Numbered from the stretch's first letter, positions 1 to 9,200 are shown. The stretch: DNA of 64,000 nucleotides from a bacterium (GCA_021778295.1 JAJYCP010000001.1:66513-130512); one strand, 5' to 3'. Made by a program: numbers and translations. Notes: generated by a model from the sequence alone, not told the origin.

Positions 1-180
1 AAGGCTGATGATGCGGTGGTGATACCGGAAGGCACGCGGCACAATGTCATCAACACGGGCGCGGACGATTTGAAGCTCTACACGGTCTACGCGCCGCCGG
101 AGCACAAGGACGGCACGGTGGAGGCGACCAAGGCGGACGAGCACGAGGAGCATTTCGACGGAACGACGAGTGAGGCCTAA
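1..180 (+). CDS. Cupin-domain protein, C-terminal part (5' truncated by window)
   Basis: Frame 1 reads KADDAVVIPEGTRHNVINTGADDLKLYTVYAPPEH...SEA*; cupin motif 2 (IPxGxxHxxxN). Confidence 0.8.
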   Translation, partial: KADDAVVIPEGTRHNVINTGADDLKLYTVYAPPEHKDGTVEATKADEHEEHFDGTTSEA

Positions 181-194
181 GAGCGTAAAGACGT

Positions 195-596
195 ATGCGG
201 AGAAAACCGGTCTATCCGGAGAGCGTAGTCGTGAAGCGTTCACGCGCCGGACTCGGGCTTTTTGCGGCGCGTCCCTTCAAAAAAAGCGAGCGCATCATCG
301 AATACTTCGGCCGGACAATAACGAATGCCGAGGCGTACACGAGCCGCAGCAAATATCTCTTTGCAGTGCATAGTCGGAAAACGATCGATGGCATGACGCG
401 CCGGAATACCGCCCGCTATATCAATCACTCGTGCCGTCCCAATTGCACGCCGGAGATAGAACGCGGGCGTATCTTCATCGACGCGAAACGGAACATACAG
501 ACGGGAGAAGAGCTCACGTACGACTACGGAAAGGAATACGTTGACACGCATATCAAGCCGCGCGGCTGCCGGTGCGCAACGTGCGATATGAAATGA
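195..596 (+). CDS. SET-domain protein-lysine methyltransferase
   Basis: GLGLFA, RYINHSCRPN, GEELTYDY and post-SET CRCATC motifs. Confidence 0.92.
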   Translation: MRRKPVYPESVVVKRSRAGLGLFAARPFKKSERIIEYFGRTITNAEAYTSRSKYLFAVHSRKTIDGMTRRNTARYINHSCRPNCTPEIERGRIFIDAKRNIQTGEELTYDYGKEYVDTHIKPRGCRCATCDMK

Positions 597-628
597 GAAA
601 ACGTCCCGCCGAGGCGGGACGTTTTCTC
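595..628. terminator. Bidirectional intrinsic terminator
   Basis: GAGAAAACGTCCCGCC-GA-GGCGGGACGTTTTCTC hairpin between convergent genes. Confidence 0.75.
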
Positions 629-644
629 GCACCGATCTAATCGC

Positions 645-854
645 TTAGATCTTGCTGACGTTGAGCGCGTTCGGGCCTTTCGGGCTGTCGCCGACCTCAA
701 AGGAGACCTTGTCTCCCTCCTGGAGCTCGTCGAACGAAATGTTCTTGAGCTCGTTGGAATGGAAGAACAGGTCCTTAGAACCATCCGGTGCTCCGTCAAC
801 TTTGATGAAGCCGAAGCCCTTCTCGTTCTTTTTGATTACTGTACCATTTTGCAT
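645..854 (-). CDS. cspA: Cold-shock protein
   Basis: KGFGFI (RNP1), LFFH (RNP2), GDKVSFEV, KGPNALNV. Confidence 0.93.
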   Translation of the reverse strand: MQNGTVIKKNEKGFGFIKVDGAPDGSKDLFFHSNELKNISFDELQEGDKVSFEVGDSPKGPNALNVSKI

Positions 855-1000
855 GCTGCAGATAGATAGATTGTGTGACTAAGGTATCAAATCAGTAGCC
901 GAAGATAGAAGCTCGATCCCACTTCTTTGGATCCAGCGCTGGTTGACATGCATAGAGTAGCAGCTCTCCGGTTCGCTGTCAATACATCGCGATACTGTAT

Positions 1001-1750
1001 GTGTCCAAACAGGAAACACGTGCTACACTTGCGCGTATCAAACATAGTATGGACGCAGCTCACCAGGCCCCCTTTACCTACAGGGATCTTTTGAAGAAAG
1101 ACAGGTTGTATTCGCTCCTCACCGCTTTTCTGATGCTTGCTATCGCATTTGCATTCGAGCATATCGCTTCTGTATATGCGTATGCATATCTGGCACGCCC
1201 CACCTCCGTGTATGTGGGCGATATCCTTCTCGACAATCTTCCGGTCGTCAATCTGAATTTCCTCATCATAGAGGGCGCACTGAGCTGCATCGTTCTCGGG
1301 ACGCTGTTCGTATTTTCGAAGCCGCGCTATATCCTTTTTACTCTCAAGGCCGTAGCACTCTTTATCGCGATACGGGCCTTTTTCACCTCCCTGACGCACA
1401 TAGGCATCTACCCGGGCGCCATAAATCCCGGAGCGGGATTTCTCGACAGCATTTACATGTACCTTGATTTCCAAACCGGCTTCTTTTTCTCGGGCCACAC
1501 CGGCTTGCCATTTCTCATGGCTCTTATTTTTTGGCGCGAGTCGTTCCCGCGCGCCGTACTGTTATCGCTTTCTTTCATTTTCGCCGTTGCCGTGCTTTTA
1601 GCGCATGTCCACTATTCGATTGACGTATTCGCGGCGCCGTTCATGGCCTACGGCATATTTACGATTGCAAAAAAATTCTTCCCGCGCGATTACGCGCTCA
1701 TCGAGCCGGAGCTGCAGCATCCCGCTCCGCTTCCCCCGCCCGCGCTTTAG
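1001..1750 (+). CDS. PAP2-superfamily membrane phosphotransferase (sphingomyelin/IPC-synthase-like)
   Basis: About 6 TM segments with FFFSGHT and HVHYSIDV motifs; start may be 1049. Confidence 0.75.
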   Translation: MSKQETRATLARIKHSMDAAHQAPFTYRDLLKKDRLYSLLTAFLMLAIAFAFEHIASVYAYAYLARPTSVYVGDILLDNLPVVNLNFLIIEGALSCIVLGTLFVFSKPRYILFTLKAVALFIAIRAFFTSLTHIGIYPGAINPGAGFLDSIYMYLDFQTGFFFSGHTGLPFLMALIFWRESFPRAVLLSLSFIFAVAVLLAHVHYSIDVFAAPFMAYGIFTIAKKFFPRDYALIEPELQHPAPLPPPAL

Positions 1751-1814
1751 GTGAAAAGATAAGAAGAAGCTCCCATGCATGCATGGGAGCTCATAATGGT
1801 TTATACGGCGGCGG

Positions 1815-2492
1815 TTACGCGCTGCGCCGGTTTTCCAACGGAAATAATGCGGCATCTCTTGCGAGGCACTGGCCGCATTTTCCGCAGGCCTGCCCGCCCT
1901 TCGGATCCGAGCAGCTGAAAGTCTCGGCCACGTTGATCCCGTACTCGGGAGCCAGTATACGTACAATCTGCGGCTTGGTGTACCTGATGAGCGGCAGAAT
2001 AATCTGCGGGCGTACCTGCGCTTGCAGTTCCGCGAGGTCTTGATGGAGCGTGATGAGCCGAAACACCTTGCGGCGATGCGGCTCGCTCGGCAGGTCGTCC
2101 GCGTGCAACGCCCAGGCGACCTTTCCGATGTCGGCCGTGCACGCGTGCATCAACGCCATGCTAAGCATGATCGACACACTCATCGGCGCGCCCTGCGTTT
2201 TGCTACCCGGGCAGTTATTGATAGATCCGCCAAACGACAGCCGCAGGTCCGGCATGTGCCGGATCAGCTCGTCGGCCGACGTGAGATCCACTTCGATATG
2301 CCGTGTAGCGAATCGCTTCGCAAAGGCTCGCGCACACAGGACTTCAGGCATATTGTTCAGGCGAGATTCTTGCCGGAACGAAAGCGTGGTCACTTCAAAT
2401 CCTTGTCTTTGAAGCATCAAGAGGCAAACAGCCGAATCGATACCGCCGGAGAGCATGAGGAGCGCTTTCTTTAACCGCGTGACGTTTTTCAT
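1815..2492 (-). CDS. QueC-like PP-loop ATPase (7-cyano-7-deazaguanine synthase family)
   Basis: N-terminal SGGIDS PP-loop and C-terminal TFSC-x8-CGKCGQC Zn site. Confidence 0.8.
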   Translation of the reverse strand: MKNVTRLKKALLMLSGGIDSAVCLLMLQRQGFEVTTLSFRQESRLNNMPEVLCARAFAKRFATRHIEVDLTSADELIRHMPDLRLSFGGSINNCPGSKTQGAPMSVSIMLSMALMHACTADIGKVAWALHADDLPSEPHRRKVFRLITLHQDLAELQAQVRPQIILPLIRYTKPQIVRILAPEYGINVAETFSCSDPKGGQACGKCGQCLARDAALFPLENRRSA

Positions 2493-2615
2493 CGGTTTTC
2501 TCCCAAAGAAAAAGAGCAGTGGGGCTTTGCGACATGCATCCCCACGAGAATGAAAGTACTCCGCGCAAGAATAATGTCAACTGCGCACGAAAGAGTCATC
2601 TGTACTGAAACATAC

Positions 2616-2651
2616 AAACACACCCGCGCTTGATTCGCGGGTGTGTTTGTT
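2616..2651. terminator. Intrinsic terminator of the sigma/anti-sigma/PG-binding operon
   Basis: CAAACACACCCGCG-CTTGATT-CGCGGGTGTGTTTG hairpin. Confidence 0.65.
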
Positions 2652-2665
2652 TGATGGCGGCTAGA

Positions 2666-3535
2666 TTAATTTCCTTCCGAATGAACCGTCGTTGTGGAAG
2701 ACCACGTAGGACCGGTAGAGCCTTCACTGTTTTGCACGCAGGTGCCACCCTCATCGACAATCGGACCGAGCTGGCAGTGGAGACCTTCGGCGCACTGCGG
2801 CGCATTTTGGATAAAGCCGCCGCAATGCGCGCCTACGCCCACTTTCGCGTTCTCTCCTCCGCTGACGTCACCGGTCGAAGAGGCTGTGGAGTCGGAAGAC
2901 GAGGAAGAAGAAGAACCGATATCACCGGTCGAAGAGGCTGTGGAGTCAGGAGACGAGGAAGATGAAGAAGAATCTCCCATCTCGCATTCCATCTCCAATT
3001 CCTTATTTATGTCTTCGCGGGTCAGCGGTCCGACATTTCCATAGCCCGTGGACTCGGAATTACCTGAAGAAACGATGCCTTGAGCGGCCTGCCAGCGTTG
3101 TACCGCCGCTAACGTCGACGAACCGAAATAGCCGGTGATGGCGTCTTCGGGGTAGATACTCTTATCCTTCCCGAGGAACGCTTGCAGACGCGAAACTTCA
3201 CCTTCCGTGGTCCGATCGGTAGAACCGATGCTCATATTAGTAGAAAGCAGGGTGCAATTACCGTTACTATTTGAGGTCGGCGTAGTATTGCTCGAAGGAT
3301 TCGAGCCATTCGATGTCGAAGTTTGCGTTGAAGTCGCCGTATTTTCGAGCGCAGCCTGCACATTTGCAATCGTTGCCGTATCGGCGCCAAATGCTTGCAG
3401 GAGATTAAGTATGGCCTGAATCTGAATCGTACTCAGGGATGCGGCTTGGGCAAAAGAAGCGCCGCCTAAAAGGCTGACGGCGAATGCCGCGCCGGCCGCT
3501 AGGGAAAGAAAACGATGATTTCTAAAGAAGTGCAT
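2666..3535 (-). CDS. Secreted peptidoglycan-binding-domain protein with Ser/Thr linkers and a Cys-rich C-terminal domain
   Basis: Signal peptide (…FAQA); PG-binding motif EVSRLQAFL…TGYFGSSTLAAVQRWQ…GNVGPLTR; tail CGG..C..GL.C…GTC. Confidence 0.8.
   Translation of the reverse strand: MHFFRNHRFLSLAAGAAFAVSLLGGASFAQAASLSTIQIQAILNLLQAFGADTATIANVQAALENTATSTQTSTSNGSNPSSNTTPTSNSNGNCTLLSTNMSIGSTDRTTEGEVSRLQAFLGKDKSIYPEDAITGYFGSSTLAAVQRWQAAQGIVSSGNSESTGYGNVGPLTREDINKELEMECEMGDSSSSSSSPDSTASSTGDIGSSSSSSSDSTASSTGDVSGGENAKVGVGAHCGGFIQNAPQCAEGLHCQLGPIVDEGGTCVQNSEGSTGPTWSSTTTVHSEGN
2868..2972. repeat. 54-bp intragenic tandem duplication (2 copies)
   Basis: TCACCGGTCGAAGAGGCTGTGGAGTC…GACGAGGAAGA at 2868 and 2922; encodes SSSSSS(P/S)DSTASSTGD twice. 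Confidence 0.9.
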
Positions 3536-3625
3536 TGTTACATAAGCTAGCCAGTAATAACTCGAGAGACCCACCCATAATAGCACGGAACAGGAACCTG
3601 CTTCGAAGGGCTTTTGGGGAAAACT

Positions 3626-4765
3626 TTATAGCCCAAACGGGAGATTCTGCCCTTTTTTCTCGGGAGAAAGCACACGCGGAAGGTGCACTGTATCTCTTGC
3701 ATCCGCCGGAGATCCTCCAAGCGCGCCGCTGGAAGTCGTCGATGCGGAAGTCGTAGCAAAGACCTGCACTCCAAGCGTCGCGGCGGCGCGCGTGAGCACA
3801 TCGAGACGCGCCGTAGCGGAGAGGGAATCTTGGAATGCGCGCGCGGCGCCATTTTCGTCATGCCGCTTGAGCAGTACGCGCCCCTGTTCGACGAGCGCGG
3901 AAGCGCGTTGCAGTTCGCGGCGCGCATCAGCCGAACTCGAGGCATCGAGGGTGCTTGATGCCGCCCCGATGATGCCCGCGGAAACGCGCAAGGCCGTATC
4001 CGCTGCATTCTGCAGATGAAGAACATTCTGGTCGGCGATGGTCGACTGCTCTTGCGGTGGGATACCGTCCGGCAAAGTCGACGAGGCATCGCCGCTCGTC
4101 TGCGCGCTTGCGATCAAAGCAAGTTGCGTCTGGATAGCCGCCTGGAGATGCTCGGTCGCACCCTTGTTTCGCGAGTGCGCCACTACGGCGAGCACATTTT
4201 CGTAGGCCGCGAGGCGGGCCGCAAATCCCGCCGAGAGCATATCTGCGGCGGTCGGGTTGCGCATACGTTCCTGTGCCACGGCGATCGCCGCGCCGCTGGC
4301 GTTTTCGGTGAAGTTTGCGGCAAGTGCGGCCTCCGTCGTTGTACCGAGCTTCCCGTCGTTTGCCAGCAGTGCCGCTTCATCAATACGATACCCCGCAAAT
4401 GTCATCTGCAACGCCGCTTTCGCTTCGGGCGAAACCGCAAGAGCAAGTTGGACAGGCTCAATGACATTCACTTTTATCGGATACAAGATATCGCCGGGAA
4501 GTGTTCCTTCGGCGGCGTACGCAACGCCACTCGAAGAGAGCGCGAGTATAAGCACAGCAACGACGACTATGCCAATCGGCCGTCGCACATAGGCAACCCA
4601 TGCGTCAAAAAACGTCGCATGCACAGGCAAGGGCGCAACCGGTTCCCGAACAGGTTTCATCGTCGCGTACTCGCGCAGCAAAGCACGCATTTTTTCGCGC
4701 TCGGCTTCAGTGAGCGTTATATGAGCTCCCGCTTTTTTTATTCGTTTTTCAAAATCGTTTTTCAT
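3626..4765 (-). CDS. Putative anti-sigma factor (TM plus DUF5667-like domain)
   Basis: Single TM followed by AEGTLPGDILYPIK motif; ATGA overlap with the ECF sigma stop codon. Confidence 0.75.
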   Translation of the reverse strand: MKNDFEKRIKKAGAHITLTEAEREKMRALLREYATMKPVREPVAPLPVHATFFDAWVAYVRRPIGIVVVAVLILALSSSGVAYAAEGTLPGDILYPIKVNVIEPVQLALAVSPEAKAALQMTFAGYRIDEAALLANDGKLGTTTEAALAANFTENASGAAIAVAQERMRNPTAADMLSAGFAARLAAYENVLAVVAHSRNKGATEHLQAAIQTQLALIASAQTSGDASSTLPDGIPPQEQSTIADQNVLHLQNAADTALRVSAGIIGAASSTLDASSSADARRELQRASALVEQGRVLLKRHDENGAARAFQDSLSATARLDVLTRAAATLGVQVFATTSASTTSSGALGGSPADARDTVHLPRVLSPEKKGQNLPFGL

Positions 4766-5295
4766 ATATCCATAGATCCGCAAAGTTTCTTCAAATGCGC
4801 AAGCGCTCGATGAATGCGGACTGCGGCGACATTTTCCGATATGCCGAGCGCTCCGGCAATCTCTTTCGCCGAAAGTCCGTCGCTATAACGCATCGTAAGC
4901 GCCGCGCGATACGCATCCGGCATGAGAGAGATGAATGTCCGTATCTTTTCCAACATGAACTCATCGTCCAGTTTCTCTTCTTTTTCTGCGCGGCTTCCCG
5001 CGGCGACGAGCGTATTCGCCCATGCAGATGAGTCTTCAAGCAAGGAATCGAGAGATTCTTCCTTCGTTCGTCGGTACTCATCAATAATAAGGTTATTGAG
5101 CACTCGGTAGAGAAAACTCTTCCAATTGCGCACTTCATTGCCTTCGCGCACATAATCCCATGCTTTCAGAAATGTATCCTGAGTGAGATCGATCGCCCGG
5201 TCGCGGCCCTTAATGCGAAAGGAAGCATGCCGAAACAAAGCGTCGGCGTATTCGTCAAAAGCTTCAAGAAATGCGTTTTCGTAAGGGCGAGTCAT
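4762..5295 (-). CDS. ECF (group 4) RNA polymerase sigma factor
   Basis: DLTQDTFLKAW region 2, FLYRVLNNLIIDEYRR, and region 4 HTH GLSAKEIAGALGISENVAAVRIHRA. Confidence 0.93.
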   Translation of the reverse strand: MTRPYENAFLEAFDEYADALFRHASFRIKGRDRAIDLTQDTFLKAWDYVREGNEVRNWKSFLYRVLNNLIIDEYRRTKEESLDSLLEDSSAWANTLVAAGSRAEKEEKLDDEFMLEKIRTFISLMPDAYRAALTMRYSDGLSAKEIAGALGISENVAAVRIHRALAHLKKLCGSMDI

Positions 5296-5623
5296 GCGAT
5301 GCGCTCTTGGGAGGGCTTCCTGCATCATACGCCAGTGCAAAGATGTTGTTATGGAGGGCATGCGTAGCTGTTCGCGTTGCTCGCTGACTTCGGGAATGTT
5401 TCCCCTCGGGCGTTCGTTCGAAATTTCCTTTCCAAACTCACTTCTGAGGACGCACCAGACCCTTTTTTCTTACCGGTCGTATAACGGTCTTGTCTCGAGC
5501 AGGGAAGCATCCCGTGCTCCTGCTATTTGTATTTTTAGACTTACGTGGTATAACCCCTAACGGTTAGCCAAAGATTTTTGGCGGCCAGGACGTTCCTTTC
5601 ACTTTGTTCTTGAGAGGTGAAGC

Positions 5624-5797
5624 ATGAACACGAATAAGAAACCGAAGTCAGACCCTTCCTCCGGACCCTACGCGGCAATCCGTGCCATGAATCGGGAAGC
5701 GGTGCAAACCTTCCTCAAAGGGGAGAGCACCGATCCCGCTCAGATTATCGAGCGGCTCGAAGAACGAGCTGAACTCGAGAAAAGGGAAGAAGGGTAA
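5624..5797 (+). CDS. Small hypothetical protein (57 aa; not in ORF track)
   Basis: GAGAGGTGA upstream of ATG; MNTNKKPKSDPSSGPYAAIRAMNREAVQTFLKGE…; followed by a terminator. Confidence 0.55.
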   Translation: MNTNKKPKSDPSSGPYAAIRAMNREAVQTFLKGESTDPAQIIERLEERAELEKREEG

Positions 5798-5814
5798 AGC
5801 AATTTCCTCTGATC

Positions 5815-5848
5815 AAAAGGGTACCTACGGGTACCCTTTTTGTTTTTT
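5815..5848 (+). terminator. Intrinsic terminator
   Basis: AAAAGGGTACC-TACG-GGTACCCTTTT followed by a T tract. Confidence 0.75.
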
Positions 5849-5903
5849 CGCTGCTACTGTTGTATAGTGCCGCCCAGCACGTTCCTTAGAAAAGGATACC
5901 GAC

Positions 5904-6155
5904 ATGCGACCTGCGACCGTTCTGCAAACGCTCCAGTGGATGAAAAGAGACAATCGATTCCAGACGTCGACCCTCCTCAAGCTTTTCGATCTGGCATACT
6001 TTTACCAGCACAGGGAGCTGAACGACATGCGGATAATCCAAGACGCACGCCGTATGAGGCAGGAGGGATATGTACCGTCGTACGTCACTCACTTCCTCCG
6101 CGAACGCGTGTATCCCAAAATGCTGATCGTGAATAATGACCAGAAGGTAAAATGA
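5904..6155 (+). CDS. Hypothetical protein
   Basis: 83 aa ORF with AAGGA upstream and a terminator downstream. Confidence 0.55.
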   Translation: MRPATVLQTLQWMKRDNRFQTSTLLKLFDLAYFYQHRELNDMRIIQDARRMRQEGYVPSYVTHFLRERVYPKMLIVNNDQKVK

Positions 6156-6195
6156 AAAGGAGCTGCTGATAGGACATCAGCAGCTCCTTTCTTTT
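6156..6195. terminator. Bidirectional terminator
   Basis: AAAGGAGCTGCTGAT-AGGAC-ATCAGCAGCTCCTTT. Confidence 0.75.
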
Positions 6196-6219
6196 CGTCT
6201 CTCCCGAAGCAATTCAAGC

Positions 6220-6996
6220 CTAACCGCCGACCACGGGACTCGGTACTGCAAACGGCTGCACCGTACCGATGGCGGTTATGGTAAAACTAGCTCCTATATT
6301 TTTGTTTCCGCTTATCGCATTACTGAGACCAGCGAGCAACTGCAGCAATGCGCCGCTCTGATCCGCGATGCAAGCCGACATCGGCACGATGGTTTCAGCA
6401 CCTCCGTTGGCCCTCACGACAGTCCATACGTGGCCGGCAGTGTTGGCAAAATTACAGGTGCCGTCCTCGCGCAAACGTACTGTCGGATTCGTCGCCATTC
6501 CCCAGAATTGTTGTGCAAATCCCAGCAAAGGAGGGGTACTCCTCCCCTGCGAGGCATACCACTTCCCGAGTTTTACGTAGGTGTGGGTACCGATATACCT
6601 TTCCACCCATGGCGTAGTCGTTTCCCAATTGTCCGCACTGTACACATTGCCGGAAATCGTCATTGATCGCCCTCCGCCATGGGTAACTTCGGTGTAACTG
6701 TAGTTAGTGAGCGATTCCAATCTGGCGAGCGAAATATTACCCGGAAGAACCGCAGTGCTCGGCGCAGTGCCTGAGGATCCGTTTTGTACGCCGATCGCGC
6801 TCGTGCCGGATTGCACGGCGTTCTGTGCGTTTTTAAGAAAGAGACCCAGAAAGACGACGAATAAAATACCGAAAATGACCGATAAAGGCTGACGTACTGC
6901 CGTCCCAAATCCGGTCCCTTTCCGCATTTGGCTGACGAGCGTCGTGATGAGCAGCACCACAGATATCGTGCTCGCGGCAAGAAAAGAATATTGCAT
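6220..6996 (-). CDS. Membrane-anchored hypothetical protein with a beta-rich extracellular domain
   Basis: Two N-terminal TM helices, a Ser/Thr/Gly linker and a beta-strand-rich C-terminus with 2 Cys. Confidence 0.6.
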   Translation of the reverse strand: MQYSFLAASTISVVLLITTLVSQMRKGTGFGTAVRQPLSVIFGILFVVFLGLFLKNAQNAVQSGTSAIGVQNGSSGTAPSTAVLPGNISLARLESLTNYSYTEVTHGGGRSMTISGNVYSADNWETTTPWVERYIGTHTYVKLGKWYASQGRSTPPLLGFAQQFWGMATNPTVRLREDGTCNFANTAGHVWTVVRANGGAETIVPMSACIADQSGALLQLLAGLSNAISGNKNIGASFTITAIGTVQPFAVPSPVVGG

Positions 6997-7133
6997 GAAT
7001 CGCAAAAAGAATACGGGTAAGCCTCCAGTATATCAAAACTCCATTCCCACTTCATGTCTGTGCACTGTCTAGTAAACCAATTCGACGCTGACGGGTGGCC
7101 ATAGTGGACAATTCGGCATACCATAGGCGACAT

Positions 7134-7385
7134 ATGAAAATCGTCATTTGGGCGGTCCTGGGCGCGCTCGTCGGGTGGGTAGCCACCATGCTCGTCGGGG
7201 GCGGGGGAGGATTATTCTGGGATGTCATCGTCGGCGTTGCCGGAGCTGTCATCGGCGGATTTGTCATGAACCTGATCGGGTATCACGGTATCGGCGGACT
7301 CGATATTCTCATAGCGCTTTCAAGTGCGCTCGTGCTCATCGCCACGGTACGAGCGGTGCGTAAGGCGGGAAGCAGACCGAATTGA
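7134..7385 (+). CDS. GlsB/YeaQ/YmgE (transglycosylase-associated) membrane protein
   Basis: IWAVLGALVGWVA…DVIVGVAGAVIGGFV pattern. Confidence 0.85.
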   Translation: MKIVIWAVLGALVGWVATMLVGGGGGLFWDVIVGVAGAVIGGFVMNLIGYHGIGGLDILIALSSALVLIATVRAVRKAGSRPN

Positions 7386-7574
7386 AATAATGAAGAAGCC
7401 CCGCAAGAAGCCCTGCTTTTTGCGGGCCTTCTTGCGGGGCTTGCGTTTGATTGAGTCCCAAAGGGATCTCCAACATTTTTGACAAAGGTCGTGATTTTTG
7501 TCGGGAGTGCCACGCCACCCCTTGCGTCTCGACCTCACTTTGATCCGTCGCCCGCATTCGCACCATTTGCTCAT
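7320..7574 (-). CDS. Possible small basic Zn-finger protein
   Basis: MSKWCECGRRI…HDLCQKCW with GGGAGG upstream; overlaps the convergent gene at its 3' end. Confidence 0.4.
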   Translation of the reverse strand: MSKWCECGRRIKVRSRRKGWRGTPDKNHDLCQKCWRSLWDSIKRKPRKKARKKQGFLRGFFIISIRSASRLTHRSYRGDEHERT

Positions 7575-7660
7575 GAGAGCCTCCCAAGGAAGTATCCGTT
7601 TAGAACATACAACTTTCACTGCGGTAGTCAAACTCCTCAAGCGCGGCACTGCTCGTGCAG

Positions 7661-9112
7661 TCAGCCCTTGTTTGTATCGTGTGGCGGCGGTCGTTCTCTC
7701 CAGATGAAGGGTCCGAGATTCAAAAGTTCCGGCAGACGGTTCAGATAGGGGATATAGGGGAAGAGGATAAATGTGAGCATGATGAACCCGAGGATGAACG
7801 CGGCATCCCGATCGCCGTATAAGTTGTTCGGCAGATTGAAAACGCTGTTGACCACGGCAAGCGGCAGGAGCCACCACGAGCCGGGCGGAAGCTTCCATAC
7901 GCTTCCGGTCTCATCTTTAGTCATACCCCATTGGGCGGTATCCATGTTGAGTGTTGCGGCTTTCGCTTCCGGAATGCCCATATCCACCAAAAAGCGCAGA
8001 GTATACGTGTTGTTGATGCTCGGATTTTCTTGATCGAGAAGCGACTCATATAGCCCGCTTTGCGCTATCGGCATGAGCGTATCGAGCATCGCAATGACGG
8101 GGTTCGTCGTGCTTGCAGAGAAATCCATACTCGTGGCACTAACGTACTGTTGTGCCCCCTGGATATCGGCGTTTTGAAGAGCGGTTGACGCGCTGATAAA
8201 CGCGGTCCACGCGTTTGGTTTTTTGCTGTTTGCCAGGTACTGCTCGTAGGGCGTCACGACATAAACTTCTCTGGTATCGAATGTGTAGGGATCGATGGAG
8301 TCGAAATAGGTTGCGGTGTCTGATGTGTGGGTAAATTCTTGCAGAAGCGTCGTCGCGACAAGACTCGGGTCTTGCCGAGCGATATCCGCAATGCGCACTG
8401 CCGGCACGTACGGCGAATGGAAGAAGAACGCGAGTGCGAGAATGAGCGCAACGAGCGCCCCGCCGCGGATAAAGAGGATGCGATGATCCGCGGGAACCAT
8501 GGTGTAAGAAATGTCTTTGCGGTAGGGGCGCGCGATGCCGTAGGTGCGCTCAAGCACGTAGTGGGCGAGGAAGAGTGCGAGTATCGTGAGCGGAATAATA
8601 GCAATATGGATCACGAGCGTTTGCGTGTAGTTGAGCGGGTTAAGCCAGTAGCCGAGATAGGCGCCGTTCCAAAAGTCTGCTCCGGAAACTGCCCGGAATT
8701 GAGAAGAAAAATCACCGCGCAAGCCGTAGCCGAATTCAGTCTGGATAAGCACCAGACAAAAAATAATCGCTCCGAAGACCCACACCATCCTGCGCGGCGC
8801 GCGGAAGCCGCTTGTCGTAAATCCGACGAGAACGTGGAGTAGGAGGATGAATATGAAAGCCTGCACCGTCCACAGATGCACGCTCCGGAGGAAAATGCCC
8901 CATGGATTCGTAAGCCACCACGTCTGACCCATGAATGCCATCGTGATGCCGGTAACGGCGAGTAGTACCAGGCACGTAAGCGCCAGGAAGCCGAGCGAAT
9001 AGAATATCTTGTTGCCGTAGGAGGGCAGCCGGTGGAAATACACCTTGTCCCGAAGCGTTTTGAGAGCGTTGGTATGCGGACCGTATTGCGGAGACTCTGG
9101 TCCCTCGTCCAT
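7661..9112 (-). CDS. Cytochrome b/b6-like diheme membrane protein with a large extracytoplasmic insertion
   Basis: His pairs RSVHLW…LLLH (14 apart) and IHIAIIP…FLAH (15 apart); FRAPRRMVWVFG; C-terminal PPGSWWLLP and PYIPYLN. Confidence 0.8.
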   Translation of the reverse strand: MDEGPESPQYGPHTNALKTLRDKVYFHRLPSYGNKIFYSLGFLALTCLVLLAVTGITMAFMGQTWWLTNPWGIFLRSVHLWTVQAFIFILLLHVLVGFTTSGFRAPRRMVWVFGAIIFCLVLIQTEFGYGLRGDFSSQFRAVSGADFWNGAYLGYWLNPLNYTQTLVIHIAIIPLTILALFLAHYVLERTYGIARPYRKDISYTMVPADHRILFIRGGALVALILALAFFFHSPYVPAVRIADIARQDPSLVATTLLQEFTHTSDTATYFDSIDPYTFDTREVYVVTPYEQYLANSKKPNAWTAFISASTALQNADIQGAQQYVSATSMDFSASTTNPVIAMLDTLMPIAQSGLYESLLDQENPSINNTYTLRFLVDMGIPEAKAATLNMDTAQWGMTKDETGSVWKLPPGSWWLLPLAVVNSVFNLPNNLYGDRDAAFILGFIMLTFILFPYIPYLNRLPELLNLGPFIWRERPPPHDTNKG

Positions 9113-9200
9113 GGCTCTACCATAGCACGTGCACCAAGAGCAGGAATGATCCGTGATACACTTCACAGCTATAGCAGCTACCTAAAACGATTAGTCACCC

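Noticed and set aside
2493-2600. preQ1 riboswitch upstream of the QueC-like gene
   Set aside because: No recognisable preQ1 stem-loop with an A-rich tail was found by eye.
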